Assembly: GCF_006345805.1 (NCBI RefSeq)
Contig: NC_043000.1
Location: forward strand, 43,958,001 to 44,022,000
Length of the DNA: 64,000 nucleotides
Direction: 5' to 3'
Source: Octopus sinensis
Lineage: Eukaryota
Of the stretch, positions 12,071 through 25,190 are shown piece after piece. The position numbers and the translations under genes were made by a program. Positions within the stretch are counted from its first letter, which is position 1; each line of letters begins with the position of its first letter. The notes under the pieces are model-generated. The model worked only from the letters and a program-made list of their open reading frames with translations. It had not been told where the DNA came from and did not search any database.

Positions 12071-13802
12071 AGAGTAAACAAGACAGACAGAGACAGGCAG
12101 AAAGAAGCAAAATACCCCTTGTGTTTGAATACTGTGAAAATATTCTTTTAATTGTTCCAAAATTTAAAAACTACCAATATTCCTCAGCTATTATTGTGAC
12201 CGTCTAAATTTTATAAACATCCGTATATTCACACACTCTGAACAATTATGCTCCGATTTAACATCTTTTATTTAATGCGTTAGCAATCTATAAAACAAAC
12301 ACATTTCTGATAACGGAGTTATATCTATTATAATAGATGAACATCACTGCATATGAAACTGTGTCCCTTCTCACTTCAGTAATGGTTTCTAGCAATCTAA
12401 GGCATTATTTTGCTTTCACATAGAATATTCATTCTTTTCGTATGTTTTAATTAAGAATTGTTTTTCAATAATAATTTTTAATAAATATTTCGTTTAAATT
12501 ATGTATCATAATAGATTTGTCAATTTCTCTACTTTAAAACAATTCTCATCTAAATTACACTGAATTCATTTTCAGGTCTCTCACTATATATCAAATCAGT
12601 TATACCATAGCTAATACTAAAATCTAGGTCACTACCAGGCACTTACAACTGTAAACACACGCACACACACGCACATATATATATAGATGTAGAATATATA
12701 GTATCGATAGTTTATTAAAGAAGTGTTACACACACTTATCAATAAAACAATATATTATCCTCAACATAACGTATTCATAATATTAGTTTCAATGGATAAC
12801 TTCAAGATATATTTATTATGTTATACGTCCATGAAATGTTCTAATCCTACTTTTACTCAATTAATACTTAATGCATACTTACTATATGTGCTGAATAGAA
12901 ATTATTATTACTATTTGGTTTAGTCTTCTTTCGAACAATACTGTCCAATGTATTTCCTAAGGGTAATGGTGGTACGACTGAAACTTTTGATAATAATGGA
13001 TGGTCATGAGTAGAAGTAGATGATAATTCCTTATATTAATTTGGCGATATATAATGGGCAATTGTCAAAATGCTAGTCATGGATACACAAAACCAACAGG
13101 TCACTTTTTAACTTTAGCAGGGTCCCTCCGTTTGCAAGCATCTTCTATAGCAGACTCACTTCCTCCACTGGAAAAGTGAAATGAATCGCCTCGTCTTCTC
13201 TGGCTTAAACAAAACAGGAACCTGCTAATTATACATGATCCAGTATACAATATTGGAATGAAGAAATCAATACACTTTTGTTTGTTAACCCGGGTTGAGT
13301 AATTCATTTTGATCAGCTAATTTGCATAGTAATAATAAAATGCAAACAGATTACCGTGGGATTTCGAAGAAACGTTTTTTTATGAATTCTTAATTACAAG
13401 GTAAGATGACATTTCTATGATAGCATTCAAGGATACACATTGTAAATAAAAAAACCGGTGTGGTTAAGGAAGAGCTATATATAAATATAAAATAATATAA
13501 AATATACTTAGTACTGAAATAAGTGATCTCAAGGCCTGTAGTGCTGTTCCATTGATCTGATCGAAATAACCAGAACATCGTGTAGGAAAGGAGTACGAGT
13601 ATAGCAAAAGCAACCCAAATACAAGAAGAACACAATAATTAAAGAGAGAGAGGGAGAGAGAGGGAAATATAAGAAAGAATTTGAAGAACGAAAACAAAAC
13701 TGAAAAGAAAAGTATAGCAGAATAGAAAAAAAAAACATAAATGCGGCCAAAGCTAGAAACGAAATGCTTTATTTTTTTAAATGTTAATATTAGTTTGTAG
13801 AA

Positions 13803-13890
13803 AAGTGTGGCGACCTCGGCGGATTATGAAATCAACACACAAAGGCGAACGAAAAGCCGCTCAGCGTTTGTACCTAGTACTAACGATTCA
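13803..13890 (-). mobile_element. Degenerate SINE family A fragment
   Basis: Minus strand GCTGAGCGGCTTTTCG...ATAATCCGCCGAGGTCG resembles the family A head. Confidence 0.45.
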
Positions 13891-14063
13891 GACAGCTATA
13901 CAACTTCCCATATACTAATATTCCTTTCTACCACAGGCATATGATCTGAAATATTTGTGTGGGGGGCACTACATCGATTAAACACATCAATGCACACACG
14001 ATCAGGCAAACGCATGCAGCCATGTGTACATGTTTACGTATGCATGTAGAAATATAGTAGGGC

Positions 14064-15211
14064 ATCAAGTATGAAATTTGTAGTAAGGTATATGATAAAA
14101 TTTGGCAGCTGCTCATTTTGCGCTATTATTTTATTTTGACATTCTTTACTCATTGTTAGAAAGCTGGCCCATTTATTTCCTTATTCTAACTCATTTTGAG
14201 CGAGTTTTATAAAATCGTTTATAAATCGTTTTTTCCTATTTTTGTTTAGAGATGGATAAGTCGGAAGTTCGTACAGTTTTGAAATATGAATTCTTTCTTG
14301 GAAATAGAACATCACAGACAGCTTGGCATATTAATGGAGTTTTTCGTTCTAATCTTATTACACAGCAAAATTTCGTTTGCAAAATTTCGTTCTCGTAACT
14401 TTGAGCTCACGAATGAGGAATGCGGTTGACCAGAAACAAAGGTGGATAATGACGAACTGAAAGCCACCTTCGAATAATCGTTGTTGATTGGAGTTAGCAA
14501 GCAAACAATATTGACTCACCTTGTTCAAATCGGTAAAGTGAAAAAGTTGGATGAGTGGGTTCTACATGAACACAATGAAAATCATAAACAGCAACGGTTG
14601 GAAGCCTCCATAATGCTAATTTCTTGGCACAAAAATTAATCATGTTTGAATATAAATCGAATTTTAACATGTGATGACCAGCACAATTATTAGTCAAAGA
14701 CGAACAACCAAAACACATTCCAAAAACAAAATTTATCAAAAGAATATGATGGTGTATGTTTGGTGGTCTGGTGGAAGTGTGATCCATTATGATTTCATTA
14801 TACCAGGTAGAAACTTACAAAAACCAACCTAGATTGTTCAATGGATCTACTCGTAATTTGTTGCAAGACAACGTTAGACCACATCGTAAACATGACATTG
14901 GGGAAGCTACAGGAGTTGTAGTTGGAAATTCTCCATCATCCACCATACTCACCTGATCCCGCCCCCGTTGACTACCACTTTGTTAGATAACATTTTGATA
15001 GGAAAAAAATAATTCCGACGATGCTGTAAAACAGGCCTTCCACGATATAACTGTCTCTAGATTTCCAGGCTTTCACAGTTCCGGGTTCGACTAGCTACCG
15101 CTGAAATGCCAAAAGTGTATTGACAATATGGGTGCATACTTTGAATAAAGCTATTCCTTGTATTCATAAAACATTAGCAAACATTTTATTTCTACAAATT
15201 TCATACCTAAT
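14064..15211 (+). mobile_element. Decayed mariner transposon (D,D34D transposase relic, Hsmar1/cecropia-like)
   Basis: TIRs ATCAAGTATGAAATTTGTAG (14064-14083) and CTACAAATTTCATACCTAAT (15192-15211), 18/20 complementary; motifs PETKVDNDELKA, IGKVKKLDEWV, LTCD, QDNVRPH, HPPYSPDPAPVDYHF across frameshifts. Confidence 0.9.
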
Positions 15212-15482
15212 GATTTTATATAGTGTATGTGTGTGTGTGTGTGTGTGCGTGTGTGTGTGTATATGTGTGTGCGCGTGTGCTTAATATATCATATTTAATA
15301 TTCAGCTTTACTTATTAATTCATGATATGAATGTTTAATAATTGAACTTTTATCACCGTTTTCAGTTTGAACAATGTTCATGATGTTCCATATCTAGTTG
15401 CTTTTAATAGATACATTTAGTTGTTAAACATAAATAAGTCTTGGAATAGTTTTCATTTAGTGTCAGGTGACTTTTAGCTATC

Positions 15483-15535
<53 letters not shown>

Positions 15536-15605
15536 GCATATATATATATATATGTAAGTATATATATGCATATATATATGCATATATATATATATATATA
15601 TATAT

Positions 15606-15915
15606 GTGGAGGCGCAATAGCCCAGTGGTAACGCTAGCGGACTCGCGGTCGTAGGATCGCAGTTTCGATTCCCAGACCGGGCTTTGTGAGTGTTTATTGA
15701 GCGAAAACACCTAAAGCTCTACGAGGCTCCGGCAGGGATGGTGGCGATCCCTGCTGTACTCTTTCGCCACAACTTTCTCTCACTCTTTCTTCTGTTGGCC
15801 TGCTCGCTTAGCTAGCGGGGTGGAGGTCATTTAAAGGCTAAAACAATGCAAAGCGCATTGTGACCAGCGATGTGTAGCAACATCTCATAGCCTGGTCGGC
15901 CACGGTCACGGTGAT
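15606..15915 (+). mobile_element. tRNA-derived SINE family B, tail type 1
   Basis: A box TAGCCCAGTGG, B box GTTTCGATTCC; head and body match 22799-22615 (minus); flanked by (TA)n. Confidence 0.9.
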
Positions 15916-16799
15916 ATATTTATGTATATATATATATATATATGTATGTATATATATATATATATGTATGCATATATATGTATGTCTATATATGTATGTA
16001 TACATATATATATATGTCTATATACATATATATGTATATATATATATATATATATATTATGTGAAATAGAAAGATGAAAATCTTGTAGTAGATTAATCAA
16101 AAGTTTAACCGATACCTTAGTAGCAAAAATCACAGCAGTAACAGCACGGTTGGAGGTACAACCATATGGCGTTGCAACCGTGCGTTGGTGCGGATAATTG
16201 AAATTAAAACATTATGGTGAATTGAAGAAATGGAGCTGAACGCAGATTGAACAGAAATCGTTTTATTCATTCTACACGTGTTTCGAAAGGCACAAATTAC
16301 CAAAATCCGATTGAATAATGGGACCATATTGTGTCTTTCTCTTCAAGGAAGAAAAAAGGAAATCCGTTGGAAAAACAAAAAACAGAACAGAGGCGGAGCA
16401 AAAAACAAATCGAACTGTGCTCCTAAGAGCCCATGGCGAAACTGTTTATCAGTGTTGTTGAGAACCGGTGGCTGGAAGAATTCAACGGGTCAGGCATCGG
16501 TCAATCATGTGGGTGAGGGTGTATAGATGTTCTTTGTGACCGAGAATAAAGTTCTGACTATTTAAAGAATATTGGTTGTTTTATAAGGGGCGAGAAAAAT
16601 CTACTTAGAGACGTGTCTGTGTGTATACTGTTCTATATATGTGTGTGTTGGCGTAGGGGTAGAAAACATTTTTGTGTACTGTGTGCGTTTGATCGTTCGG
16701 CTGTCAGTGGCTACTGCCGTGATAACCGTTGGGTGGTAGAAAGAAAAAAAAATTAAAAAATTATATATATATTATGTTTTATGTGTGTGTGTGTGTGTT

Positions 16800-17394
16800 C
16801 ATCTAAGCCTGCCTTGACAAGGAAACCCCCGCTGTGAAAAAAACCAAGCCCCGTTTGTCTTACAGGAGTAATTTCCCTTGCAGTGGTTAATCGTAGATAT
16901 CTTAAAGGCTATTTCAGAATTTGTTACCAAGGGCTATGGGTGCCGGTATTATTTATAAACGCTATTTAAGGCCAGATAGTGTAACGCCGCCAATGGGGGC
17001 ATCGAAAAGCCGACTGTAAGAGCCCGTTTACCATCCGGCCTCTGGCAAACAAAATATGGAAGAGTTCGGACACAAAGGTTGCACTGTCTTCTGCCCCTAT
17101 CAAATGGGAGGGCCACCGACAAAATTGACCATTCCAGCCTATAGCTTAAGTTCGCATCCTTCAGTCGCCATATAGCTTACTGAGTCCCGTGGTCTGGCGC
17201 TTGTTCACGTCCCGAAAAGTTGCGTAATGGTTGGAGACACGCAAAGACAATCCTGAGGATGATGCCCCTACATAAGTGAAGGCATCTGAGTCCGTGTAAA
17301 CCTTGCATTGGTAGACGGCGTTTTTGATCTTGGAGTTCGCCGACGTGAATCTTAATCTGCTAGGATTGGTTTCTGAATTAGAACTGCGTTCCTG
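16800..17394 (-). mobile_element. Penelope-like element 3' fragment with GIY-YIG endonuclease
   Basis: Minus-strand translation KNAVYQCKVYTDSDAFTYVGASSSGLSLRVSNHYATFRDVNKRQTTGLSK-(frameshift)-WRLKDANLSYRLEWSILSVALPFDRGRRQCNLC. Confidence 0.9.
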
Positions 17395-17544
17395 TCACTA
17401 TATTCGTTCCGAGACCTGCAGCCGCTTACTACTCTATTTTCCACTACGTCACTATTAACGTATTTTCCACTACGTCACTATTAATAGTGACGTAGTGGAA
17501 AATAGAGTAGTAAGCGGCTGCAGGTCTCGGAACGAATATAGTGA
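17395..17544. repeat. Perfect 64-bp inverted repeat with a 24-bp duplicated tip
   Basis: 17395-17458 is the exact reverse complement of 17481-17544; 17435-17458 repeats at 17461-17484; 17461-17504 is a spacer-less 44-bp palindrome centred on TTAA. Confidence 0.97.
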
Positions 17545-17663
17545 ATATAAGTGTGTAAGTAATGCTTTTACTTACACTGCAATGCTTTTACGAGGCACAT
17601 AACATTCTCTGATACACATTAGCGATCACTAAACCATCCAAATATTTTTCTATTCGATATATA

Positions 17664-17805
17664 TACTCTGATAAGTGAGGTAGACGAGAATCAAACGACC
17701 GAGTTAGCCTTAGTGAAAATGGCTACGTAAATAACCAAAACTTGCCGGTCAGTCTAATGGACTCTCGGTTCGGTGTTGGGGACGATTGTAGCTCCTATCA
17801 GAGTA
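17664..17805. mobile_element. Small Tc1/mariner-type MITE
   Basis: ATATACTCTGATA (17661-17673) and TATCAGAGTATAT (17796-17808) are perfect 13-bp inverted repeats including TA flanks. Confidence 0.55.
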
Positions 17806-17974
17806 TATGTTATGTGCTTTGTAACAACGTTGGAATATTTTAGCTCCTATTTGTAGAAATGTAGGTGTTATTCACAAATCTGATCAAGTCTAGTTTACAG
17901 CTATGATTGTCCTTTACATTATAACATTGCAAACAGCTGATTTTTTAAATCATATATATATATATATAATTTTA

Positions 17975-18215
17975 GTAATTTAATTGTTTCAGTCATTAGA
18001 TTATGGACATGCAGGGACACTGTCTGGAAACGTGCATTTAGTCGATCAAATAGACCACAGTACTTATTCTGTAAGGCTGCAACATTATTGCCTTCCTTCT
18101 GTCGAACCGCTAATTTACTTGGATGTGAACAAACCAACAGCAGTTTTCAGGCGTTGAAGTGGACTTCAAATATGAAGACAGAGAGACAGGCACACAGATA
18201 CACACATACAAAGTC
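17975..18215 (-). mobile_element. SINE family C, degenerate 3' half
   Basis: TGTTTCAGTCATTAGA...TTAGTCGATCAAATAGACC...GTCGAACCGCTAA matches 59510-59640. Confidence 0.7.
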
Positions 18216-20019
18216 ACACAATAACACATAATCCTCTATGCTTTACTCGTTCATTCAATGAACTGAGGTGAAGCAAGAACTGGGGAATAGCGTTGAAGTG
18301 TTATATACGTAGTTACGGATAAACATATTTATGTCAGTGTTTGTATGTGTGTGCATATGTTCCTTCTTATTGATACTGCTTGGATGTGGAATTCTTATGT
18401 CTATAAGCTACTTGATATTCATTTCGAGAAACGAAGATGCATTCCTTTCCACTGCATTCATACCTTCCTAATTACACAATGATATAATAATAATAAAGGA
18501 ATGTTGCCCTGAAGGAGATGTAAAGTATATTTAAATTATTGACCGGGCACTAGCCACTGTTTGTCTTGTAAGGGCCTCATTCATATATTTATAAGATGGG
18601 AAAATCGAGTAGGACGAAATTCCTGCATAAATATATTAGTAATAAACTCAGTGCTCTACATGGCTCTAGAGACGTCGAAATATTTATGCCTTCTTATATA
18701 TGCAGATATGGTCAAACATATTTGCACATATACTCATACACGCACATGTATAAATATATATATATATAAATACATATATATATGGATAGATAGATAGAGA
18801 GAGAGAGAGTGAGAAAGAGAGATTACAATCCAAAACGCGGGCACATACATGTTGATATTCTTAAGTTGCTATACCTGGAAAAGTAGACAACACATTTTCT
18901 ACAGTAGAATATGCCTAATTCGTTATGTCTAAATGAAACTTAAAAGTACTTAAAATTAAAATTCTACTATACTTGTAATACTGCAGTGGAGAATCACATT
19001 TAAAAAATTTACTATAATTTATGAAAACAAAAATTATAAAAACATTACTGGGATTTTCCAAAAATAAGCCCATCCGATTTTAAGCCTAATGACTTATATT
19101 CAAAAATCTTGTCATGCTTAACCCCAGTAATTTCTATTATTTTCATAAAAAATTATTTAAGTCTATATTTAAGCTCATTAGCATATTTTTGAAGAAAGCA
19201 GTATATTAAGAATGAAATAGGATAAAATTAACTTTCAATTAAGTTTCCTTATTATTTATTTGTTATATTAATTTTTTTTCAATATGGAAGAATTGACTCA
19301 GCTCTGGTTGATTTGAAACCATATAATGACCATTCAACTGCAATCAATGTTCTTGTCGTTTTGTAATGGGATTATAATTCAAGTGAAAAAGAAACCTTGT
19401 GCACTATTATTTAAAACTTCATATTTTATTATTTGTATTTGATAAAGCTGAACCAAATATATATTTTAATTGTATAGTTCAAAACACATGAGTTTTAGAA
19501 AATTTCTGTTTTGTAAATGCTTTCCTTTTGTTTGTTTCAATAAAACTTCCTCCACGCATAATGATTTTTCTTTCATTTTGTGATAGACAATTATCATGCA
19601 GAAAATGCCAGCTTCTAAATCCTATTTTCTGATTAGGTGAAAATGATTAAACTTTAAAACTCAGTAACAATTTTCTGCATTAAGTATGTATGTATATCTA
19701 TGTAATTGTGTGCGTGTGAGTGCTTATTTACAATGGACAACAGAACAGAGTCAACTTGTCTTCAATTGTTGTCAACTTACGCCCTCTCTCCTTAAAGCTA
19801 AGTATGGGTCACACCACTCACCTTTGTTTCTTTTCATTGGCGGTTTAAAAGTTACGTACATGTGTGTACATGTCTGTGTATGCACACATGCTTGTGTGTG
19901 TGTGTGCATTGTTTGTGAGTGTGTGTGTGTGTGTGTGCATCGCTTGTGTATGTGTGTGTGTGTGTGTTTGTGTGTTTATTTACGAATGTATGTATGCAGT
20001 ATCGCCTGTATATCACTGA

Positions 20020-21960
20020 ATTCGATTTCAGGCCTTATTCTCACCCTTTTGACCTCACATATTTTCAAAATCAACTTTTTTTCTACTGAACCATATTTCA
20101 AATTTCAAATTTCGTAGCTCAAGATGTAGCTTAGGAGGTGACAAATAAAAAAAAAACGTATAAACGTACTCAAATTTGATAAAAAAAACGGAATTAGTGA
20201 CAGAGACTAGAAGTGGTTGCGAGTGAGGAAATGTTGACCTCAAGATTACTATTCACACACTGCCATGTGTGAATGATATTTATTAAATATAGGGAATTCT
20301 ATGAATATGAGGTAGATCTTTGCAGGATACCTGAAAACGGAATTGAATCAAACATTTTGCATTATTGTTTTCCAATTTTGACAGAAGGCCAGGCACGAAA
20401 CCTGGTGGGGTGAGAGGGAAGTTGATTAGATCGACCTCAGTGCTCAGCTGATACTCATTTTATCCAGTACCAAAAAGATAAAGGCCATGACGGACTTGGA
20501 TAAAATTGTACTCAGAAAGTAGACAGACCAAATCCCGGGAAGCTTCACCCAGCGTGTTAGCGACTCAGCCAGCTCGTCGTCTTAATACTGTAATAAGTAA
20601 TAATATTGGTTGAAAATTGTTTTACGTACTTTTGGTACATGTAGCTTATATGATAACCGTTTACATTTTGAATATTCCTGTTGAAAATATTAACACCACG
20701 ACACTTACGTTGATGAGTTCTATCATATGAGCTAAAAAAAAACAAAATGAATGTTTACGCAAAAACAAAATGTTTAGGTTTAGAATTTGGTTTTAGGCGA
20801 CATAATTAGCATCATGGGATCCCTGTAGTCGACCTCTATCAGAAAAGTTATATTTTAAAATGGTTTTCCTTTGAAAGAAGAATACGTTTTGGAGTGAAAG
20901 TCGATTTTAGTGTTAATCCCCGTTCTTTGCGCCGATTTTTACCTCAGTACTTTTTCTACGGAATATTTTTGCATATAAGTAATCTGGAAAGATCCCTGTT
21001 GTCGGGATCTATCATATAAACTAAAATAAGATAAAGATTTCTTTCAAAAGAATATATTTGAACTCAGTCGATTTCAAGCGTTATTCTCCTGTTTGTGACT
21101 TCATATATTTGACTCAAACATTTTTCTACTGAACCAATTTTCGAATCTGTTAACTCCAAATGTAGCTTACGGTGTGACTAATATATAAATGCAGACATCA
21201 TCTAATATGGTTAAAAACAAGTTAGTGACAAAGCATAGAAGTGGTCATAAGTGAGTAAATGTCGACCTTAAAAATAGTATTCACACACAACCGTCTGTGA
21301 AAGATACTTTTTGAAAATGCTAGCAGCATGACATTCGGATTTATGAGTTCTATCATATGAGGTAAAGAAAAAAATGTTTAGAATTTGATTTTAGGCGTTA
21401 CCAATTTTACGGCATATTTGGCCCCAGTAGAGTTTTCTATTTTCTATTTTCAATTCACATCATCAGATTCCTCCAGTGGAGATCTATTAGAAAAGTTCAA
21501 TTTAAGTATAGTTTTCTTTTAAAATAAGAATAATATTTGGAGTTAATGTCGATTTCAGGCGTTAATCTCCGGATTTTATCTCAGTACGTTTTTCTACAGA
21601 ATATTTTGCATATAAGTAACATGGATAGATTTCTCTCAGCGAGATCTATCATATAAGCTAAAAAAAATATCGATTTCTTAAAAAAAAAGAAATGGGGACA
21701 CAAAATTGATTTCCGATGTTACTCTCCCAAATTTGCCCTCACGTTGTTTTACTGAAACATTTTTTTGTTTCGAAGGAACTTCCAAATTTTGTAGCTGAAA
21801 ATATAGCGTAGGATGCGTCCAATGTAAAAATGTAAACATCGTCTGATTTGGTTAAAAACTGAGTTAGTGACAAGACCTAGATGTGGTCCCGAGTGAGTAA
21901 ATGTTGGCCTGAAGAATATTAATCACACACCACAGTGTGTGAATGATATATCAAGATAAA
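20020..21960. repeat. Degenerate higher-order tandem repeat (~630-640-bp unit with ~170-bp subunits)
   Basis: GAGTTCTATCATATGAG at 20715 and 21345; (G/A)TTAGTGACA at 20193, 21221, 21863; CCCTGT-GTCG..TCTATCA at 20821 and 20994. Confidence 0.8.
20385..20581 (-). mobile_element. Degenerate SINE family A inserted in the tandem array
   Basis: Minus strand begins GACGACGAGCTGGCTGAGTCGCTAACACGC; GAGGTCGATCTAATCAACT module. Confidence 0.7.
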
Positions 21961-22407
21961 TGTGATTAAAAATCCTGTCAGATATCAAGTAAGCAATCTG
22001 TATAAATGAATAAGTTTAAATGTACAACAAGTAGATTCCAGTAGATGTCTGTAGAATAAAAATCTCAGGTAAATCATCATATATGACAGGTAAATCTAAC
22101 AATCCTTATGCAGAATCTTAAGAAATTCAGATTATTAACAACAATCAATAATATGTACGAAGAAAATCATACCTTTATTTTAGATCACGCATTAAAAATC
22201 GAGCAATAGTTTTAATTGCATTAACACACACACACAAACACATGCACACATGTATATATACATAATAATATTGAAATTGATAATAATATGTACGAAAGTT
22301 TTTATCAACACATTATCAAGATATTCCAAATTGGTGAAATTCTAACTGAATATCTGAAAAATATTTAGCTGCTAAAAAGAAACGCCAATCAGAATTCAAC
22401 TTTAGAT

Positions 22408-22799
22408 GTGTGGGGGGGGAGCACTCCGTCGGTTACGACGATGAGGGTTCCCGTTGATCCGAATCAACGGAACAGCCTGCTCGTGCAATTAACGTGTAAG
22501 TGGCTGAGCACTCCACAGACACGTGACCCTTAACGTACTTCTCGGGGATATTCAGCGTGACACAGAGAGTGACAAGGCCGGCCCTTTGAAATACAGGTAC
22601 AACAGAAACAGGAAGTAAGAGTGAGAGAAAGTTGTGGTGAAAGAGTACAGCAGGGATCACCACCATCCCCTGCCGGAGCCTCGTGGAGCTTTAGGTGTTT
22701 TCGGTCAATAAACACTCACAACTCCCGGTCTGGGAATCGAAACCGCGATCCTATGACCGCGAGTTCGCTGCCCTAACCACTGGGCCATTGCGCCTCCAC
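22408..22799 (-). mobile_element. tRNA-derived SINE family B, tail type 2, full length with 12-bp TSD
   Basis: TCAACTTTAGAT at 22396-22407 and 22800-22811; minus strand starts GTGGAGGCGCAATGGCCCAGTGG; B box GGTTTCGATTCC. Confidence 0.95.
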
Positions 22800-23243
22800 T
22801 CAACTTTAGATATTCATTCATTAAACCAAAAGCGACGTCATTGAACAATCAATTTAGTTTATAAAAAATATACCATATAAAATATACCATACTAATTCAA
22901 TATTTTTTGACATTTTGATATCTACATAAAAAAGCCTAACGAAGAAAAGAAAAATATACTGGAGACAAGAGATAAAAAAATAACTAAAGAATAAAAACAA
23001 CAGATAATAGTCCTACGTATTGCTCAATAGAAACTTATATACTTCATGTCGCAATAAGTATTTACCCATTTATTTATTTAGAATAATAAACCCTTCCATA
23101 GGAATTAATCATATTTTATAACTTAAGAATGATTATGTTCAGCAACATACATGACCACCGAGGATCTCACTGGGTAATTAAACAACAAAAATTACAGAAA
23201 AGACCAAATAACTATTTATTCGTATAAATAGTAAAGATACCTT

Positions 23244-23545
23244 CCGTTCATGAATGACCATGGGATTGCACCTGGGTAGTTCCCCGCCGAGGCGCAAGTT
23301 CAGGAGATGTTGTTAATGGAAGACCAGCAAGCGCCCATGATTAACAGCCTCCCCTCTCCACACACCCAATGATATCCGAAAGAAAGAGAAACGCCGATAC
23401 ACCTTGGCGCTACTGATGTCGCACCTCATTTCTACAGTTGAATGAACTTGAGCAACGTGAAATAAAGTGACTTGCTCAAGAACACAACACACAGCCTCGT
23501 CCAGGAACCGTACTCACTAAATCATGAGTGCGAGTCCTACAGCCT
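23244..23545 (-). mobile_element. Additional SINE-like repeat (family D)
   Basis: tRNA-like head on minus strand (...GATTTAGTGAGTACGGTTCCTGGAC) followed by TTCTTGAGCAAGTCACTTTATTTCAC core-like segment. Confidence 0.55.
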
Positions 23546-23724
23546 ATCTACGGAACAACATTGAAATATTGATGTATATTTATATACACGCGCGCACACA
23601 CACACATATATATATAAATATAAATATATGTATATATATGTATATATATTTACACACACATATATATATATATGTATATATATTTACATATATATATATA
23701 TATATATACATACACACACATACA

Positions 23725-23865
23725 TGACATGCTTCTTTCAGCTACCGTCAAACAAATCTGCTCCCAAGGCTTTGTTCCATCCTAGGCCATAGCAGAAGCC
23801 TACTCATCCGATATGCCATGCTATGGGACTGAAACCCAAACCATTTGTTTGGGAAGCATACTTGA
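23725..23865 (-). mobile_element. SINE family C head, degenerate
   Basis: CTTCTTTCAG...CAAGGCTTTG...GGGACTGAAAC...AACCAT matches 34905-35030. Confidence 0.65.
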
Positions 23866-24792
23866 CGAATATATTCGTGCTTGCGTGCTAGCATAATTAT
23901 ATGTATGTGTCAGCCTATCATTGTTATATAAGACACAAATATCATGAAGGGAACATACAGTCTTGTTTACATAACACTGAGCAAAAGATATTTACTCGTT
24001 TCTAATATTGTGAATTTCGTTTATTTTTCCTAAACAAATTACGAGTTATAATACATAAAATATACGAATCCATTTTCAAAGTGAAATTGTGAATTTACCA
24101 AATTATCGTCGCTCTCCGCACCTATAAATTACTAATAGTTATTCACATACATGAAATTTATCTTACAAATAAAAACCCATGATACACTTTCATAAAAATG
24201 TCTTGTTTACTGACCGATAACACTGTCAAACTGAATCCAACCAGAAATGTTGGCTTTATTGTTCAGGAGCAAATACAAAAGTACCACCGTGATAGTGCTG
24301 TGGTGTTGACTAGAAATTTTGTAGTCAGCAGTGGTATATTTTCCATGACTTAGCCAAACATGAAGAAAAGTTCAAATGTAATCTAATTCTTACTGGTTCT
24401 TTCGAAACATGAAAGAACATTTTTTTTCGCTATTGTTAGCAATATTACAAAGATATAAAATACAAATAATAACCTGCATTTCCCGAGAAAATGATAATTT
24501 AATATAGGAAACAAAATATTTGTCTGTCTCTGCTATTTGAAAGGAAAATGAATGAAAATTCCAAAGAATAGTAAAACAAACAAAACGTTAATATGTTACG
24601 GAAGCAAATAAACGAAAGAACACAAAGCCACTGTTACATTAGGAATATAACAAAACTAAGAACAACAATGGTAACAAAAAAACACTTTTAGCAGCTTGGG
24701 ATATATTAGAAATATATCGGATACGTTTACAAAAATCAACAAAGACGGTCAACTGTTGTGCAGCCAAAATTTTCTGTGCAAACCAGGAGGAT

Positions 24793-25190
<398 letters not shown>

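Noticed and set aside
13160-13203. Possible 44-nt minus-strand exon with GTGAGT donor
   Set aside because: All three frames are open and no homology was recognised; cannot be supported without RNA data.
15611-15685. tRNA-like sequence (also 22725-22795 minus)
   Set aside because: A and B boxes are present, but the acceptor stem does not close and the sequence continues into a shared SINE body.
16800-16890. HDV-like or twister ribozyme at an apparent RTE 5' end
   Set aside because: The required pseudoknot pairings could not be built, and the region proved to be the minus-strand 3' end of a Penelope element.
17435-17484. 24-bp direct repeats as a CRISPR-like array
   Set aside because: Only two units with a 2-bp gap, in eukaryotic context, with no cas genes.
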